From assembly GCF_009914755.1 (NCBI RefSeq), contig NC_060939.1: a DNA stretch of 64,000 nucleotides. The stretch is one strand, 5' to 3'. A program made the position numbers and the translations under genes. Shown piece by piece: positions 59,301 through 64,000 of the stretch. The notes under the pieces were generated by a model. It had not been told where the DNA came from, did no database searches, and saw only the letters and a program-made list of their open reading frames with translations. This DNA comes from the human T2T-CHM13v2.0 reference genome, Homo sapiens. Position 1 is the first letter of the stretch. Each line of letters opens with the position of its first letter.

Positions 59301-62300
59301 CATTCCATTCCATTCGTGTCCATTCCACTCCAGTCCATTCCATTCGTGTCCATTCCATTCCAGTCCATTCCATTTGTGTCCACTGCATTCCATTCCACTC
59401 CATTCCATATTATTCCATTACACTCCATTCCATTCTATTACTTTCATTTCCATTCAATTCCATTCCATTTGATTCCATTCCACTCGGTTTCATTCCATTT
59501 GAGTCCACTCAATTCCATTCCATTCCATTCCATTCAGTTCCATTCCATTCTGTTCCATTCCATTCCGTTCCATTACATTCCATTCCATTCGGTACCATTC
59601 CATATTGTTCCATTCGATTCCATTCGAATGCATTCCATTCCAGTCCATTCCATTCGATTCCATTCCATTCATTTCAATTCCATTCCATTCCATTCCATTC
59701 CATTCCATTACATTCCACTTGATTCCTCTCCATTCCCTTCCACTGCATTCCGTTCGATTCCATTGCATTGCATTGCATTCCATTCCATTGGATTGCATTC
59801 CATTCGATTCCATTCCATTCGAATCAATTACATAGCAATCCATTACATTCCAGTCTATTCTATTCCGTTCCATTCGATTTCGTTCCAATCCATTCGATTC
59901 CATTCCATTCGATTCCATTCCTTACTATTGCATTCCATTCGATTACATTATATTCGAATAAGTTCCATTCAAGACCATTTCTTTTGAGTCCATTCTATTT
60001 GAGTCCATTCCCTTTGATTCCATAACATTTGAGTCCATTCAATTCCATTCCTTTCGTTTCCATTCCATTTGATGCCATTCCATTCAATTCTGTTCTACTC
60101 GACTCCAATACATTCAATTCCATTCCATCCGATTCCATTACATTCTTTTCATTTCTTATCCATTTCAAGCCATTCCACTCTATTCCATTCCACTCGTTTC
60201 CTTTCCATTCGAGTCCATTCCTCTCCAGTCCATTCCGTTCAATCCATTCCATTCCAGTCCATTCCATTCGAGTCCGTTCCATTCCAGTCCAATCCATTCG
60301 AGTCAATTCCATCCCATTCGATGTCTTTCCATAACGATCCATTCCATTCTATTCCTTTCGATTCCATTCCATTCTATTTCATTCCATTCGATTCCCTTCC
60401 ATTGGACTCCTTTCCATTCGAGTGCATTCCATTCCGTTCCATTTCTTTCCGTTCTGTACGATTCCTACCGTTCGATTTCATTTTGTTCCAGTCCATTCCT
60501 TTCGCGTCCATTCCATTCCATTTCACTCCATTCGATTCCATTCCACTCGATTCCACTTCGTTCCATTTCATTGCATTCCATTCTATTCAACTCTATTGCC
60601 TTCCATTCCATTCCATTCGATTACATTCCATGCGATTCCATTCGAAATCGAATCAATTACATTGCAATCCATTACTATTGAGTCCATTTTATTCCAGTCC
60701 ACTGCATTCTGGTCCATTCCATATGATTCCATTCCATTCTATTCCATTCCATACAGTTGCATTCCATTGGATTCCATTCTATATCTATAAATTCAATTGG
60801 AGACCATTGCTTTTGAGTCCATTCTATATGATTCCATTCCATTCAAGTCCATTACATTTGGTTCAATTCCATTCCATTCCATTCCCTTCCATTCCATTCC
60901 AGTTGATATCAATCCATTCGATTCCATTCCATTCGAGCACATTCCATTCGAGTCCATTCCATTCGATGCCATTCCATTTGATTCTATTCCATTAGTCTCC
61001 ATTCAATTCCATTAATCTCCATTCCATTCCATTCTACTCCAACTGATTCCATTCCATTCTATTCCTTTCCATTCCATTTCATTCCATTCCATTCCATTTC
61101 ATTCCATTCCATTCCATTCGCTTCCATTCCATTCGTGTCCATTCCACTCCAGTCCATTCCATTTGTGTCCACTGCATTCCATTCCACTCCATTCCATATT
61201 ATTCCATTACACTCCATTCCATTCTATTACTTTCATTTCCATTCAATTCCATTCCATTTGATTCCATTCCACTCGGTTTCATTCCATTTGAGTCCACTCC
61301 ATTCCATTCCATTTGATTCCATTCCACTCGGTTTCATTCCATTTGAGTCCACTCCATTCCATTCCATTCCATTCCATTCAGTTCCATTCCATTCCGTTCC
61401 ATTGCATTCCATTCCATTCGGTACCATTCCATATTGTTCCATTCGATTCCATTCGAATCCATTCCATTCCAGTTCATTCCATTCGATTCCATTCCATTCC
61501 TTTCAATTCCATTCCATTCCATTCCATTCCACTTGATTCCACTCCATTCCCTTCCACTGCATTCCATTCGATTCCATTCCATTGCATTGCATTCCATTCC
61601 ATTGGACTGCATTCCATTCGATTCGATTCCATTCGAATCAATTACATAGCAATCCATTACATTCGAGTCTATTCTATTCCGTTCCATTCGATTTCGTTCC
61701 AATCCATTCGATTCCATTCCATTCGATTCCATTCCATACTATTGCATTCCATTCTATTACATTATATTCGAATAATTTCCATTCAAGACCATTTCTTTTG
61801 AGTCCATTCTATTTGAGTCCATTCCCTTTGATTCCATAACATTTGAGTCCATTCAATTCCATTCCTTTCGTTTGCATTCCATTTGATGCCATTCCATTCA
61901 ATTCTGTTCTACTCGACTCCAATACATTCAATTCCATTCCATCCGATTCCATTACATTCTTTTCATTTCTTATCCATTTCAAGCCATTCCACTCCATTCC
62001 ATTCCACTCGTTTCCTTTCCTTTCGAGTCCATTCCTCTCCAGTCCATTCCGTTCAATCCATTCCATTCCAGTCCATTCCATTCGAGTCCGTTCCATTCCA
62101 GTCCATTCCATTCGAGTCAATTCCATTCCATTCGATGTCTTTCCATAACGATCCATTCCATTCTATTCCTTTCGATTCCATTCCATTCTATTTCATTCCA
62201 TTCGATTCCCTTCCATTGGACTCCTTTCCATTCGAGTGCATTCCATTCCGTTCCATTTCTTTCCGTTCTGTACGATTCCTACCGTTCGATTTCATTTTGT

Positions 62301-64000
62301 TCCAGTCCATTCCTTTCGCGTCCATTCCATTCCATTTCACTCCATTCGATTCCATTCCACTCGATTCCACTTCGTTCCATTTCATTGCATTCCATTCTAT
62401 TCAACTCTATTGCCTTCCATTCCATTCCATTCGATTACATTCCATGCGATTCCATTCGAAATCGAATCAATTACATTGCAATCCATTACTATTGAGTCCG
62501 TTTTATTCCAGTCCACTGCATTCTGGTCCATTCCATTTGATTCCATTCCATTTTATTCCATTCCATACAGTTGCATTCCATTGGATTCCATGCTGTATCT
62601 ATAAATTCAATTCGAGACCATTGCTTTTGAGTCCATTCTATATGTTTCCATTCCATTCAAGTCCATTACATTTGTTTCAATTCCATTCCATTCCATTCCC
62701 TTCCATTCCATTCCAGTTGATATCAATCCATTCGATTCCATTCCATTCCAGCACATTCCATTCGAGTCCATTCCATTCGATGCCATTCCATTTGATTCTA
62801 TTCCATTAGTCTCCATTCAATTCCATTAATCTCCATTCCATTCCATTCTACTCCAACTGATTCCATTCCATTCTATTCCTTTCCATTCCATTTCATTCCA
62901 TTCCATTCCATTTCATTCCATTCCATTCCATTCGCTTCCATTCCATTCGTGTCCATTCCACTCCAGTCCATTCCATTTGTGTCCACTGCATTCCATTCCA
63001 CTCCATTCCATATTATTCCATTACACTCCATTCCATTCTATTACTTTCATTTCCATTCAATTCCATTCCATTTGATTCCATTCCACTCGGTTTCATTCCA
63101 TTTGAGTCCACTCCATTCCATTCCATTCCATTCCATTCAGTTCCATTCTATTCTGTTCCATTCCATTCCGTTCCATTGCATTCCATTCCATTCGGTACCA
63201 TTCCATATTGTTCCATTCGATTCCATTCGAATCCATTCCATTCCAGTCCATTCCATTCGATTCCATTCCATTCCTTTCCATTCCATTCCATTCCATTCCT
63301 TTCCATTCCACTTGATTCCACTCCATTCCCTTCCACTGCATTCCATTCGATTCCATTCCATTGCATTGCATTCCATTCCATTGGACTGCATTCCATTCGA
63401 TTCCATTCCATTCGAATCAATTACATAGCAATCCATTACATTCGAGTCTATTCTATTCCGTTCCATTCGATTTCATTCCAATCCATTCGATTCCATTCCA
63501 TTCGATTCCATTCCATACTATTGCATTCCATTCGATTACATTATATTCGAATAAGTTCCATTCAAGACCATTTCTTTTGAGTCCATTCTATTTGAGTCCA
63601 TTCCCTTTGATTCCATAACATTTGAGTCCATTCAATTCCATTCCTTTCGTTTCCGTTCCATTTGATGCCATTCCATTCAATTCTGTTCTACTCGACTCCA
63701 ATACATTCAATTCCATTCCATCCGATTCCATTACATTCTTTTCATTTCTTATCCATTTCAAGCCATTCCACTCCATTCCATTCCACTCGTTTCCTTTCCA
63801 TTCGAGTCCATTCCTCTCCAGTCCATTCCGTTCAATCCATTCCATTCCAGTCCATTCCATTCGAGTCCGTTCCATTCCAGTCCATTCCATTCGAGTCAAT
63901 TCCATCCCATTCGATGTCTTTCCATAACGATCCATTCCATTCTATTCCTTTCGATTCCATTCCATTCTATTTCATTCCATTCGATTCCCTTCCATTGGAC
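56368..64000 (+). repeat. Second copy of the 8330-15962 block; runs off the window end
   Basis: It has the same sequence of unit lengths (1789, 1804, 1814) and the same indels as the first copy at a constant offset of 48038. Confidence 0.9.

Larger units (their letters stand above)
162..62607 (+). repeat. ~1.8-kb repeat unit, 35 complete periods, with one KpnI and one EcoRV site per unit; consistent with D15Z1 / HSat3A5
   Basis: A landmark (left end of the 69-aa minus-strand ORF, just after TATAAA) recurs at 162, 1981, 3790, 5604 ... 60793, 62607. Spacings are 1759-1824 bp except one of 1370, with a mean of ~1796 excluding it. GGTACC is at 794-799 and GATATC at 274-279, each recurring once per unit. 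The period is certain; the D15Z1/chr15 name rests on recalled knowledge of a 1.8-kb KpnI satellite III repeat. Confidence 0.8.
1..64000 (+). repeat. Human satellite III (HSat3) tandem array of (CATTC)n-derived pentamers; pericentromeric/acrocentric heterochromatin
   Basis: Every line is CATTC pentamers with point variants (CATTCGATTC, CATTCGAGTC, CACTC, CATTT) in one orientation. The HSat2-type CATTCGATGATTC spacing was not seen. No non-satellite sequence is present. Confidence 0.97.

Noticed and set aside
1-64000. CRISPR-like or other prokaryotic repeat-spacer system
   Set aside because: There are no unique spacers and no cas or other genes; the sequence is continuous satellite.
1-64000. 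HSat2 (chr1 ~1.8-kb unit), DYZ1, alpha satellite or telomeric repeat
   Set aside because: The HSat2 GATGATTC-type spacing is not seen, the period is 1.8 kb rather than ~3.6 kb, and there is no 171-bp monomer, CENP-B box or TTAGGG tract.
1-64000. Embedded transposon, inversion or unique-sequence island
   Set aside because: No GGAATG-strand switch, poly(A) tail, Alu/L1 sequence or non-pentamer stretch was found on reading through, and landmark spacing leaves no room for an insertion.

Overview
The whole 64-kb window is one uninterrupted array of primate (most likely human) classical satellite III (HSat3). It consists of diverged CATTC/GAATG pentamers with the CATTC strand on + throughout, organised into about 35.5 head-to-tail copies of a ~1.8-kb unit. 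Each unit carries one KpnI site (GGTACC) and one EcoRV site (GATATC). A 1.8-kb KpnI period fits what I recall for D15Z1/HSat3A5 of chr15p, but that assignment is not verified by alignment. I see no genes, RNA genes, transposons, CRISPR arrays, inversions or unique-sequence insertions. All listed ORFs are artefacts of translating a stop-poor pentamer. I found no new gene-based biological system. The real structure is evolutionary and layered: an ancient internal duplication inside the unit (829-bp offset), a length-fixed domain and a length-variable domain, and a pentamer-register rule (unit lengths = 4 mod 5). Shared variants trace nested block duplications at offsets of 1,759, 8,985, 28,305, 33,642, ~37,280 and 48,038 bp. 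There is also one 429-bp deletion unit with a possibly templated junction, a likely gene-conversion patch, and two units with clusters of private substitutions.
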